Of a stretch of 64,000 bases of DNA, positions 53,491 to 62,832 are shown in pieces. The stretch spans positions 358,629 to 422,628 of the forward strand of contig CAYPKR010000001.1 in NCBI GenBank assembly GCA_964411375.1, written 5' to 3'. The notes beneath the pieces are model-generated. The model did no database searches, was not told the origin of the DNA, and saw only the letters and a list, made by a program, of their open reading frames with translations. This DNA comes from an uncultured Candidatus Saccharibacteria bacterium (GTDB taxonomy: Bacteria; Patescibacteriota; Minisyncoccia; Phycocordibacterales; UBA12088). The stretch's first letter is position 1. The number at the start of each line of letters is the position of its first letter. A program made the position numbers and the translations under genes.

Positions 53491-54778
53491 CGATCACGAT
53501 CTCGATATTTTTCTCTCTGAATTCATACGGCGTCAGCGAGACGAATTCTTTGTGGGCGGTCGCGATGATTGCTGCTGACGCGCCGTCGAGGGCCTTTTCA
53601 AGTGAATCAACATTGGATTCTTTGGGCGCATACGGATCGAATACTTGCACATTCGCGCCTTTCTTTTTGAGCGCGTGCCAGATCTCGTAGGCTGGGCTTT
53701 CGCGCAAGTCGCTGATATTTGCTTTGTAGGAAAGTCCGAGAAGGGCAATCGTTGTTCCTTGGAGCGAACTGTTTTTTTCTTGGAGTTCTTGTTCCAAAAT
53801 ATGAACGGTGAATTCCGGCATGCCGTTGTTTATTTCACGAGCAAGTGAAAGGAATCGATGCGTAAATCCATTTTCTTTTGCATAGCGAATCAAGTAGTAC
53901 GGATCAACGGGGATGCAGTGTCCGCCAACTCCCGCACCCGGATGATGGAGCATGAAGCCGAATGGTTTGGTCGAGGCGCCTTCGAGTACGTTGGTGACAT
54001 CGATCCCGAGCATGTCGAAGGACATCGCGAGTTCGTTGACGAATGCAATGTTTACATCGCGGAAGGAATTTTCAACCATCTTCACTGCTTCTGCTTCGCG
54101 AATGGTTTGCATTTCGTGTACATTTGCATCGAGAATCGATCGATAAAAACGTGCGGCACGTTCGCGTGCTTCTGGTGTTATACCTCCAACCACGCGCGGG
54201 ATTTTATTTGCTGGCCATTTTTTGTCACCTGGATTGATTCGCTCTGGACAATGTGCAAAATCAAAATCAACGCCACCCTGAAGACCAGATTCTTTTTCGA
54301 GAATTGGAATGAGAATTTCTTCAGATGTTCCGGGATGCACTGTCGATTCGAGAATAAGTAATTGTCCCGGAGTCATATTTTTCCCAATCGAACGGCATGC
54401 CTCTTGGAGAAGGGTGAGGTCAGGCATATGTGATTCATCGACGGGAGTTGGTACACAGATAATCACTGTTTCATTCGTACCAATGGTAGAAAATCGATCA
54501 GAGAGTCCGAGTTGTCCGCTTCGAAGTTCACTCTCAAGTCGTTCATCTAAGTCGGGAACCGAACCATTTCGAATGCGCTCTAATTTTTTGCTATCAATAT
54601 CAATACCGGTCGAAGCATATCCGTTCCGTTTGGCGAGAAGGAGAAGCGGAAGTCCAACATATCCGAGTCCAACGACCGCAACACTTCCAACCGTATATTT
54701 TGAATCTTCAGAAAAGTCCGCATCTCTATTCCACTTGGTGCGAGGATTCCTTCTTTGAATAAGCGCATTTTTTTCCAT
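53420..54778 (-). CDS. nucleotide-sugar (UDP-glucose/UDP-ManNAc) 6-dehydrogenase
   Basis: N-terminal Rossmann fold VAVVGLGYVGLPLL, a catalytic Cys region and a UDPG_MGDP_dh C-terminal domain. Confidence 0.75.
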   Translation of the reverse strand: MEKNALIQRRNPRTKWNRDADFSEDSKYTVGSVAVVGLGYVGLPLLLLAKRNGYASTGIDIDSKKLERIRNGSVPDLDERLESELRSGQLGLSDRFSTIGTNETVIICVPTPVDESHMPDLTLLQEACRSIGKNMTPGQLLILESTVHPGTSEEILIPILEKESGLQGGVDFDFAHCPERINPGDKKWPANKIPRVVGGITPEARERAARFYRSILDANVHEMQTIREAEAVKMVENSFRDVNIAFVNELAMSFDMLGIDVTNVLEGASTKPFGFMLHHPGAGVGGHCIPVDPYYLIRYAKENGFTHRFLSLAREINNGMPEFTVHILEQELQEKNSSLQGTTIALLGLSYKANISDLRESPAYEIWHALKKKGANVQVFDPYAPKESNVDSLEKALDGASAAIIATAHKEFVSLTPYEFREKNIEIVIDGRNCLDKESFIESDIAYRGIGR

Positions 54779-55127
54779 AGTAATTTTGTGTTAGCTATTC
54801 TCTATCTGAAGACGACAGGTTATTCGAAGCACTTACCGGTTCATGTAAACTTCAGGAACTCGTCGTTTTGTCAGAAGAAGCAATTCGGTCAAAGTGAGGG
54901 CCCCTTGCGTTTATATTCCGCAAAGGGCCCTCAACTACGGCATCACCAGCCGTAAACGCTCCTCAGACATTGATAGGTACTTAGTCTAATAACTCGTCTT
55001 CCGATATATCTGCATAATAAATTGAACGTCGATGCGAATTTTTTCTTCGCATACCAGAATCGTAGCAATGTAGTGGTGAAGGAAAAATGAAAAAAACCAT
55101 GAAGAAAAATTCATACAAAGAAAACAA

Positions 55128-55160
55128 AAAATGCGCAGGGAAGCCTGCGCATTTTTTGTA
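55128..55160. terminator. bidirectional hairpin terminator
   Basis: AAAAAATGCGCAGG-GAAG-CCTGCGCATTTTTT. Confidence 0.6.
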
Positions 55161-55167
55161 CCTATTG

Positions 55168-56334
55168 CTATATTGTTTCGCCGCGCGTCTCCGAACTACT
55201 CGAAAAATCAACCGATATCTCACTCTTGAGTTCAGATTTCTCCTCGGAGGTAGAGGGTTCCATAACGGGAGTGCCGCTTGGCAAATATACGGATACTGTT
55301 GTACCTTGTCGGAGCGCGCTTCTGATAGTGATTCGTCCATGATGTACGCGGACAATTTCATTCACGATCGTGAGCCCAAGTCCGCTTCCGGCTCGACGCA
55401 CGCGACGCACTCTCGAAGTGTCTGCGCGATAAAACGGTTCAAAAATATGGAAGAGATCTTCCTGAGAAATACCGATACCGGTGTCTGCAACCGAGAAGAG
55501 AACGCGGTTACGATCATTTCGCTCTAATAGAACAGTGACGACACCGCCAGAATCGCGTGGAGTATAGCTGATCGCATTTTTAATCACGTTCATAACGACT
55601 TGTTCGAGTGCAGTTGCGTTGCCCCACACGGTGCGGTACGTATCCATTTTGACAACTATTTTGACATTTCGTTCTTCTGCGAATGAACGAAGCCTCCGCA
55701 CCGTATCTTCAACAATCACTCCAAGATCAGTATCCTGAAATTGGATTCGCTCGGGTCTTGTGAACATGTCGAGCGAAAGCAAGTTGTTGATAATCGAAGA
55801 AATGCGATCAAGCTCATCAACGGTGCTGTGGAATACTTTTTTTATTGATGGATCGAGTTCGGGATCGAGGAGTGCGACCTCACTTGATGTCTTGATCGTT
55901 GAAAGCGGTGTGCGAAGTTCGTGCGCGATATTACTGATGAAGAGTTTCTGATAGCGAAGCGTGTCGCGTGCGGGGCGAAGTGTAAAGCGCGCAACCAATA
56001 TCCCGAATCCAATTGCGATCAATATGACACCGCCAAATATATACCAGATGCTTTTTTCTTGGATTCCACTAATCGACTTGGCAAGCTCTTCGGGTGTTTG
56101 CAGTGGTGCATTTGTGAGGATCGCACGGATATTTTCGACGACGAACATCGCAATCGCGTGGTTGTTGTATTCAAGCACCATGCCGAAGGCGATGATGAGA
56201 ATCAAAACCATTCCTGCTTGGAGCAGAATGACGTGCGTTGTTGTTCGGAAAAAGAGATCGCTACGATACTTCTCCCGTAATCCGGTAGCCCACTCCGCGA
56301 ACTGTTTCAAATAACGTTTCGCCATCTTTTCCAT
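55168..56334 (-). CDS. sensor histidine kinase
   Basis: 2 TM helices, H-box NIAHELRTPLSTI and HATPase N/G boxes. Confidence 0.8.
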   Translation of the reverse strand: MEKMAKRYLKQFAEWATGLREKYRSDLFFRTTTHVILLQAGMVLILIIAFGMVLEYNNHAIAMFVVENIRAILTNAPLQTPEELAKSISGIQEKSIWYIFGGVILIAIGFGILVARFTLRPARDTLRYQKLFISNIAHELRTPLSTIKTSSEVALLDPELDPSIKKVFHSTVDELDRISSIINNLLSLDMFTRPERIQFQDTDLGVIVEDTVRRLRSFAEERNVKIVVKMDTYRTVWGNATALEQVVMNVIKNAISYTPRDSGGVVTVLLERNDRNRVLFSVADTGIGISQEDLFHIFEPFYRADTSRVRRVRRAGSGLGLTIVNEIVRVHHGRITIRSALRQGTTVSVYLPSGTPVMEPSTSEEKSELKSEISVDFSSSSETRGETI

Positions 56335-56947
56335 TTTCGAGTTTTTTACGAAGATTTTTCATGTGCACGTCAAGTACGTTGGACCACCGAAGGGCATTGA
56401 AATCCCAGACTCGGTCGAAGAGCGTTTCGCGAGATAATACCACTCCTGGTTCCTTGAGGAAACATTCAAGCAGCGCGAATTCTTTGAGCGTGAGTGGCAC
56501 CTCGTCGCCATCCTTTCTGACAGTTCTGGTTGCCACATCCATTTCAATCACACCAACTTTGAGCACAATCGGTTCTGAAGTCTTGGGACGACGAAGCACC
56601 GAATTGATGCGCGCCACTACTTCCTCGAATGAGAAGGGTTTGACGATATAATCGTCGGCGCCTTTATTCAAGACTTCGATTTTATGTTCGGTTTCGTTTC
56701 GTGCGGTCAAGACGATGATTGGTGTCGTAACCCCTTCTTTTCGAACCGTTTCGGTAATGGTCGCTCCATCCATGCCGGGGAGCATAAGGTCGAGTAAGAT
56801 AAGGTCGTATTCTTTTTGGTAGAGTATAATTCGTTTGCAGGCTTTCTCGGAATCGGAGAGCCAATCTACCGCAAATCCTTCAAGTTCAAGTCCTTTTTTA
56901 AGAGCTTTTGCTAGTTTTTCCTCATCTTCAACTATTAGCAGTCGCAT
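56261..56947 (-). CDS. OmpR-family response regulator
   Basis: Receiver domain (LLIVEDE..., LDLMLPGMDG) plus a winged-helix C-terminus (LTLKEFALLECFL). Confidence 0.8.
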   Translation of the reverse strand: MRLLIVEDEEKLAKALKKGLELEGFAVDWLSDSEKACKRIILYQKEYDLILLDLMLPGMDGATITETVRKEGVTTPIIVLTARNETEHKIEVLNKGADDYIVKPFSFEEVVARINSVLRRPKTSEPIVLKVGVIEMDVATRTVRKDGDEVPLTLKEFALLECFLKEPGVVLSRETLFDRVWDFNALRWSNVLDVHMKNLRKKLENGKDGETLFETVRGVGYRITGEVS

Positions 56948-57209
56948 ATTATTGTAGTGGTTAAGCTAGTAATCCTACTCTGCGATCTTCTATATTCTCG
57001 AAGACGAACTAAGTATGAAGTACCTTACCTGAAGCTTTAATGAAGAATTGTTCAGAGAGGGAAAATGCCTCTATAATTATATTCTGTGGAATATCGGAGA
57101 GCCAGCGAAGTACTAGTACCTATGGGAATTATAACAGGAAAAAATATTACGATTTTGACACTCGTCATTTTTGTGGTCGGGGCGATTATTGCGTACGTGA
57201 CGATCTAAT

Positions 57210-57638
57210 ATGGAAACCTTTCTTTTTTATGCACATCTCACGTCGCTCGCGGTTGCTGCCGTCGGAGTTTTCTATGCAGATTCGCTCGCGATGAAATGGA
57301 CCCGAGGAAAATCTGCCACCCTTGAACTTCGACACTTGAACTTCGCACATCTCATCGTTTCATTCGCACTTCTCTCACTCGTCATCACCGGCGGATTCTT
57401 ATTTTGGCCAATGCGAAGTTATTTGCTCTTTTATCCGCCATTCTTGCTCAAAATGGCGTTCGTCCTTGTACTTATATTGAATTCTTTTGCGATCGACACA
57501 TTCATGCATGTCGCGCGTGCGAGATCGTTTGATTCGCTTTCTCCCAAAGAAAAATTGCCGCTCTTTATCAGCGGTGCTCTTTCAACACTTTGTTGGTTTG
57601 GCGCGGGTATCACTGCACTCGTGATTTTTGGAATCTAA
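57210..57638 (+). CDS. polytopic membrane protein, hypothetical
   Basis: 142 aa with 4 TM helices. Confidence 0.4.
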   Translation: METFLFYAHLTSLAVAAVGVFYADSLAMKWTRGKSATLELRHLNFAHLIVSFALLSLVITGGFLFWPMRSYLLFYPPFLLKMAFVLVLILNSFAIDTFMHVARARSFDSLSPKEKLPLFISGALSTLCWFGAGITALVIFGI

Positions 57639-57642
57639 TTCC

Positions 57643-57882
57643 ATGTACTTCGTGTATATACTCGAGTGCAAAGATCGTACGCTGTATACAGGAATCACGA
57701 CTGACGTCACCCGTCGATTTTCTGAGCACAAAGCAGGAAAGGGCGGACATTACACCAGAGCACACCCACCGAAGAAAATGCTCTATGTCGAAGACGCGGC
57801 AAACAGAAGTACAGCCTCAAAGCGCGAAGCAGAAATCAAACGCATGACTCGGAGGGAGAAATTGCTCCTGGTGCGTAGATAA
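57643..57882 (+). CDS. GIY-YIG nuclease-domain protein (UPF0213/YhbQ-like)
   Basis: MYFVYILECKDRTLYTGITTDVTRRFSEH: GIY-YIG with conserved R and E. Confidence 0.65.
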   Translation: MYFVYILECKDRTLYTGITTDVTRRFSEHKAGKGGHYTRAHPPKKMLYVEDAANRSTASKREAEIKRMTRREKLLLVRR

Positions 57883-57991
57883 TCTGTTGTACCGTGCTAT
57901 CCCCAAACGATCCTGTGAGGAAGTTTTCGATTGACTGATAGAATACAGGCAACACTCTTCGGTGAATTTTCAGTGAGGAGCTGTTCGGCAA

Positions 57992-58603
57992 ATGTTGTTG
58001 CCAACAAAATATTCGTTTCGATTGATATCCTCACGGAAGTATGAGGAGAATTTGGCTACCACGATTCCACCGATTACTAAGAATGTTTCTCAAGAGGATA
58101 TTGATGATGGTAAGCGAGTATTTTTGAAACTCGCGGGAATGGTTGGACTTGGCGTTGTTGCTTCGCAAGTATTTTCAAATAAAGCAGAAGCGTACGTCAT
58201 GGGAAGCGCACCGACCTCGGGAGTTGTCGGAGTAAAAAATTCCTCGAACACGCGCATTAATCCGGCAACGGATGAAAGTCTCACCTCGCTCTTAACCGGT
58301 CAAGGGGTTACGAAGCTTACGACAAATCTTACTGCTTCGGGCACGGTACGTACGCCAACGAGCGGCAAAAAAATTCGAGTCTACGCGACTCGCTTTTCTC
58401 TGACTGCTGACATGACCAGCGTCTCATTCCGATTCACCTCGGGAGGCACTGATTATGAAAAGTTTCTTGCGCCAAAAACCGGAGGACTCTACGGATCAAA
58501 CAATCATCCGAATTATGTCGAAGGTGGCGTCGATCAAGTATTGTACTGTGCAATTTCAGGAACCGGCACAGTACAAATTAATGTTGATTATCTCGAAGTA
58601 TAA
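57992..58603 (+). CDS. exported protein with Tat-type (KR-variant) signal peptide
   Basis: DDGKRVFLKLAGMVGLGVVASQVFSNKAEA|Y: the Tat motif (S/T-R-R-x-F-L-K) appears as KRVFLK with an h-region and an AxA site. The mature part is Ser/Thr/Gly-rich and beta-rich. Confidence 0.45.
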   Translation: MLLPTKYSFRLISSRKYEENLATTIPPITKNVSQEDIDDGKRVFLKLAGMVGLGVVASQVFSNKAEAYVMGSAPTSGVVGVKNSSNTRINPATDESLTSLLTGQGVTKLTTNLTASGTVRTPTSGKKIRVYATRFSLTADMTSVSFRFTSGGTDYEKFLAPKTGGLYGSNNHPNYVEGGVDQVLYCAISGTGTVQINVDYLEV

Positions 58604-58619
58604 TCGCTAGCAGATTTCC

Positions 58620-59054
58620 ATGCGTGATTCGATCAATCTCCGCGGCGCACTTCATATCGAACTTCGAAATAAAGAAGGAGATCTTGTGAGTGATATCAAG
58701 GTGCCAAATACAATTACCGATTTGGGCAAAGCATACATTGCTGATCGCTTGGGCTCACAGACACAAACAGCAATGAGTAATATGGCAATCGGAACAGGAA
58801 CGCCCTCCACGACAACGCTCGGCACTGAACTTGCAAGACGAAATTTTCGAACCCCTACATCAAGTAGTGCAACGTGGACGTATGTTGCGGAGTGGAATAT
58901 TGATGACAATGTTTCTGGAACAATAACCGAAGCAGGAATTTTTAATTCTGACCTGGCAAATAGCGGCACGATGCTCTGCTCATCTTCTTTTACGGGAATC
59001 GTAAAAGCAGTGAATGACACGCTGACCATAACGTGGACGATAACAATTTCATAA
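58620..59054 (+). CDS. hypothetical beta-rich protein
   Basis: 144 aa ending ...LTITWTITIS. Confidence 0.35.
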   Translation: MRDSINLRGALHIELRNKEGDLVSDIKVPNTITDLGKAYIADRLGSQTQTAMSNMAIGTGTPSTTTLGTELARRNFRTPTSSSATWTYVAEWNIDDNVSGTITEAGIFNSDLANSGTMLCSSSFTGIVKAVNDTLTITWTITIS

Positions 59055-59800
59055 TGCCTCCAACTGAAAACAGACGAAGAGACAGGAAGCAAGATGGATC
59101 AGATGGTCCTGAATTTTCTCTCGGTGAAAATTTGATTCTTCGAAGACTTCGGTGGGGAAGTCTTGGCCCTCGCGCGCTTCGGTCGATGGATGCAGTTGCT
59201 GACGATTCTCTCGTTGATGAAAGTCTGGCACTTGCGAGACATATGCAGTCAATGATTGCTGACAAAATCGAGATTGCATCTGCCGGCGCACACCCGCTCG
59301 TAAATCAGGGAATGCAAATAGCGAAGCAAATTGTTGCTGACATTTTTAATGAAAAATCTGATGAGGAAGTTCCGCCAGAGCCAGCACCAGCGGATCAGGT
59401 ACCGGTAGAAACTCCGCCGCCAGAAGAAGTTCCTCCAGAAGAACCGATACAAACAGAAACTGAAACAACAACGCCAGAACAAATTCCTGCCGAAGAAGAA
59501 AGTCCAGTTGAGGAATCGAAGGTTCCGGAACCTGAGATACAAGAAACTCCACCGGTAGAAGATACAGCAAGTTCAACTCCTAAAGTGGAGATTCCCGAAT
59601 CTGCTCCAGAGACAAATTCAACGACGACTGATGAAAATGGTGTCGAGTTAGATACTGAATATAATCCAGTCACGGAAGACTCGCCGCCAGCGCTTTCACC
59701 TCAAGCAGAAGGGAACGCAAGTACGACTTCACCCGCTCCAAATGTTCAGAAAGCGGAATCCACCACATCAAATCCGTCAGAGCCTGTTGAAGACGAGTAG
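59033..59800 (+). CDS. highly acidic Pro/Glu/Thr-rich (disordered) protein
   Basis: 255 aa. The C-terminal 150 aa is PE-repeat-like, reminiscent of scaffold/spacer proteins. Confidence 0.4.
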   Translation: MDDNNFIMPPTENRRRDRKQDGSDGPEFSLGENLILRRLRWGSLGPRALRSMDAVADDSLVDESLALARHMQSMIADKIEIASAGAHPLVNQGMQIAKQIVADIFNEKSDEEVPPEPAPADQVPVETPPPEEVPPEEPIQTETETTTPEQIPAEEESPVEESKVPEPEIQETPPVEDTASSTPKVEIPESAPETNSTTTDENGVELDTEYNPVTEDSPPALSPQAEGNASTTSPAPNVQKAESTTSNPSEPVEDE

Positions 59801-59842
59801 TGCCCTCATGGTATTCTAATAAGTAATTAATTTTTTTAAGAT

Positions 59843-60646
59843 ATGGCCATAACGACACTCGACGGAGCACTCGCGGGAATGCAACCCCCGGTTGAATTTT
59901 CAAAATCGCTCACCGGTACCATGGTTGCTGGTCGTGCGCACTCACTCTTTTATCTTTCAGGTATTCCTGGCGCTGCAGTCGCTCCGTCTCCCGGTATCGG
60001 TGGGGCAGTACTCACTAGTTATTCCGGACAGTTACCATTTACGAATCCAGGTGCAGGAAATAGTTATCTTGCACGTTTTTGTGCACAAGCAACGATCGCA
60101 GGGACACTTCTTCTTTGCGATCGACTCTGGCACAACAGCGGTATCAACATTACAGCAACCAGCGAACAGACATTTACCAGTTCTGCACAAATCCCTACAC
60201 GCGATAATACTGGCACCAACAATGGCGTTGGAGTGTATGCAGGAGTAGAAGTATCAAGTGCGACTGGTTCTGGTACTCCGACTCTGACACTCAAATATAC
60301 AAATTCTTCCGGTACTCAAAATCAAACGGCAACCAACACGGTCGCAACCGTTGCGTCATCGATTGCAGGAACGTTTCATACTATTGGTCTTGCGGCGGGG
60401 GATGTTGGAATTCAAAAAGCCCAATCGCTGACGCTCTCTGCTACATGGACTTCGGGCACGATTCATGTCGTTCTCTACCGCGTACTTGCCCGAATGGAGC
60501 TTGGTCCCCAAATTCCAAACGCAATGGATCTTTTGACCGCCGGATTTACTCGCATGTACGACAACACGGTTCCATTCCTCGTATTTATTCCAAACACCAC
60601 GACGACTTCAAACATTTCAGGAAATGTAATCTGGACGCAAGGCTAA
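59843..60646 (+). CDS. hypothetical 267-aa protein, paralog 1
   Basis: About 60% identical to the next gene (MAITT..., LPFTNP, CDRLWHNSG, NNGVGVYAGVEV, TLKYTNSSGT, VLYRV). Confidence 0.45.
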   Translation: MAITTLDGALAGMQPPVEFSKSLTGTMVAGRAHSLFYLSGIPGAAVAPSPGIGGAVLTSYSGQLPFTNPGAGNSYLARFCAQATIAGTLLLCDRLWHNSGINITATSEQTFTSSAQIPTRDNTGTNNGVGVYAGVEVSSATGSGTPTLTLKYTNSSGTQNQTATNTVATVASSIAGTFHTIGLAAGDVGIQKAQSLTLSATWTSGTIHVVLYRVLARMELGPQIPNAMDLLTAGFTRMYDNTVPFLVFIPNTTTTSNISGNVIWTQG

Positions 60647-60653
60647 TTTTTGT

Positions 60654-61463
60654 ATGGCTATTACAACAATAAGCGGTGCGGTCAGCAGCATGATGCAGCC
60701 GATTGATTTTGTTAAGCAAGCGACTGGTACCTTGGTAGGCGGTCGCCCGATATCGCTATTTTATTTAGCTGGTACTCCTGCTGCTGCAACCGCTCCTTCT
60801 CCCGGAATCGATGGAGCAGCGCTTACTACGTACACGGGTCAATTGCCATTCACGAATCCCTTGAGTGGAAATACATACTTGGCACGAATGCAGGCACAAG
60901 CATCAATTCCAGGCACCCTTATGTTATGCGACCGACTCTGGCATAACAGCGGATATAACGTAACCTTAACCACGGAACAAACAAGTAATGCCGCGCAAAT
61001 CCCTGCACGCGACAATAATGGAACTAACAACGGAGTTGGAGTGTACGCCGGTGTGGAAGTTGCAACGGCACTTGGAAACGGTACGCCGACGTTCACACTT
61101 AAATATACAAATTCATCGGGAACCGCGGGACAAACCGCAACCAATACGATTGCGACTGCAAACGGTCCCGTTGCCGGCACCTTTTTTCCAATCGGTCTTG
61201 CAAACGGAGATGTGGGAATCCAAAAAGTTGAATCACTCACACTTTCTGCAACGTATACGTCGGGCAAGATTGGAGTCGTGTTGTACCGAGTCATTGCGCG
61301 ACTTGAAATTGGGGTAACAGGCGGAATCATGACGAATGCGATTGATGCAGTGACTGCCGGTTTTCCGCGCCTCTATGATAACAGCGTACCGTTTCTCATT
61401 TTTAATCCGAACGGTGTCAACTCAACAAATATCAATGGACACATTATCCTCTCGCAAGGATAA
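60654..61463 (+). CDS. hypothetical 269-aa protein, paralog 2
   Basis: A tandem paralog of 59843. Confidence 0.45.
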   Translation: MAITTISGAVSSMMQPIDFVKQATGTLVGGRPISLFYLAGTPAAATAPSPGIDGAALTTYTGQLPFTNPLSGNTYLARMQAQASIPGTLMLCDRLWHNSGYNVTLTTEQTSNAAQIPARDNNGTNNGVGVYAGVEVATALGNGTPTFTLKYTNSSGTAGQTATNTIATANGPVAGTFFPIGLANGDVGIQKVESLTLSATYTSGKIGVVLYRVIARLEIGVTGGIMTNAIDAVTAGFPRLYDNSVPFLIFNPNGVNSTNINGHIILSQG

Positions 61464-61472
61464 TAGAAATAT

Positions 61473-61706
61473 ATGGCACAAGTAGGACGAGCAAATTTTA
61501 CATCCGCATTTGGAATGAAACACCGAAAGACGGATCGTTTTGCGCTGATGCGTGATACGTGTTCTGAGTCAGATAACAAACCAAATATCTGGAAGACGTG
61601 GTGGCTTGATGATATCTCCGTCTCTGCAACCACAAAAACACTTACGGATACTCTCTCCGGAAGTGGTGGTGGATCATCCGGCAATATTTTCATAATGTCT
61701 GAGTGA
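61473..61706 (+). CDS. small hypothetical protein
   Basis: 77 aa. It overlaps the tatC start by 4 nt. Confidence 0.3.
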   Translation: MAQVGRANFTSAFGMKHRKTDRFALMRDTCSESDNKPNIWKTWWLDDISVSATTKTLTDTLSGSGGGSSGNIFIMSE

Positions 61707-62440
61707 GCATGGATTCTCTGACGGCGTTTACGGAAAAATACGGCACCTATCTTGAAGATGTCCGTGTTCGAGTGTACCGACTGGTAGTTATTTTTGCGAT
61801 TACTTTCGTGGTCGGATTTTTTTCGACCTCATGGCTCGTTAAAATATTGGTTGATGTTTGGAAAATAGAAAATGTAACGATTGTTGCGACTTCGCCGTTT
61901 CAGTTGGTTGATCTTGCGGTATCGATCGGATTTTTTCTTGCGATAATTGTCATTTTACCTCTCAGTGTACGAGAGATGTATGCGTTTCTCCGCACCGGTC
62001 TCCTCAAGCGTGAGCGGCGCCTATTTCTTTCGCTCCTTCCGGTCGCATTTCTATTGTTTGTTATTGGTTTTGCGTATGGAGTTGCGGTCATGTATTTTGC
62101 GCTCCAGGTCATTGCACAAGTGAATGTTTCTTTAGGTGTTGCTAATTTGTGGGACATCACTCGATTTGTATCCCAAATAATGATTACTTCGGCACTCCTT
62201 GGCGTTGTATTTGAATTTCCGGTAGTACTAACTTTTTTGATTCGACTTGGGATCGTGCCAATTTCATTCCTAACTCGGAAGCGTCGCCATGCGATCGTAG
62301 TTATCCTCATTTTAGTTGCGCTTCTGCCTCCAACAGACGGAATATCCTTTATAATAATGTCAGTGCCGCTCATCGGTATTTATGAGCTGACTATCTTTTT
62401 TAATTCTTTTAAGAAGCGTGGTCGAAATTTACCAGTATAA
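61703..62440 (+). CDS. tatC: twin-arginine translocase subunit TatC
   Basis: 245 aa with 6 TM helices in TatC topology and conserved FFSTSWLV..., PFQLVDLAVSIGFF and LPPTDG motifs. Confidence 0.7.
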   Translation: MSMDSLTAFTEKYGTYLEDVRVRVYRLVVIFAITFVVGFFSTSWLVKILVDVWKIENVTIVATSPFQLVDLAVSIGFFLAIIVILPLSVREMYAFLRTGLLKRERRLFLSLLPVAFLLFVIGFAYGVAVMYFALQVIAQVNVSLGVANLWDITRFVSQIMITSALLGVVFEFPVVLTFLIRLGIVPISFLTRKRRHAIVVILILVALLPPTDGISFIIMSVPLIGIYELTIFFNSFKKRGRNLPV

Positions 62441-62455
62441 AAAGGAGAGCAAAAT

Positions 62456-62626
62456 ATGTTTGGACTAGGAACTCGAGAAATAATCATCATTGGTGTTGTC
62501 GCCGTATTGCTGTTTGGATCAAGCCGCATACCTGCGCTTACGAAGAGTATTGTTGATGCAATTCGTACACTTCGTGGAGCATTCAAAGAGGAGGAAATAG
62601 TGTCGTCGAAAAAAGTTATTAAATAA
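62456..62626 (+). CDS. tatA: twin-arginine translocase TatA/E-family subunit
   Basis: MFGLGTREIIIIGVVAVLLFGSSRIPALTKSIVDAIRTLRGAF: TM helix + FG hinge + amphipathic helix. AAAGGAGAG RBS. Confidence 0.7.
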   Translation: MFGLGTREIIIIGVVAVLLFGSSRIPALTKSIVDAIRTLRGAFKEEEIVSSKKVIK

Positions 62627-62636
62627 AGAGTATTCT

Positions 62637-62801
62637 ATGGATATTGGAGTGAAGGAAATAGCAATTATCGCAGTCGTGATGGTGGTCCTCTTTGGATCAA
62701 GTCGTATCCCAGAATTTGCAAAAAACATTGTTGAAGCGATGCGCAATGTTCGCAATGCATTTTCTGGTAAAGAAACGGTTGCAGTAAGCAAACGCCGCTA
62801 A
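62637..62801 (+). CDS. second TatA/TatB-family subunit
   Basis: MDIGVKEIAIIAVVMVVLFGSSRIPEFAKNIVEAMRNVRNAF. Confidence 0.65.
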   Translation: MDIGVKEIAIIAVVMVVLFGSSRIPEFAKNIVEAMRNVRNAFSGKETVAVSKRR

Positions 62802-62832
62802 TACTTCGCGGCACTGCCGCCTGTACTCGGGT

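Noticed and set aside
54981-55361. 126-aa minus-strand ORF overlapping the 3' end of the histidine kinase gene
   Set aside because: It overlaps the well-supported HK gene in another frame; its upstream part covers the terminator hairpin; and it has low-complexity composition.
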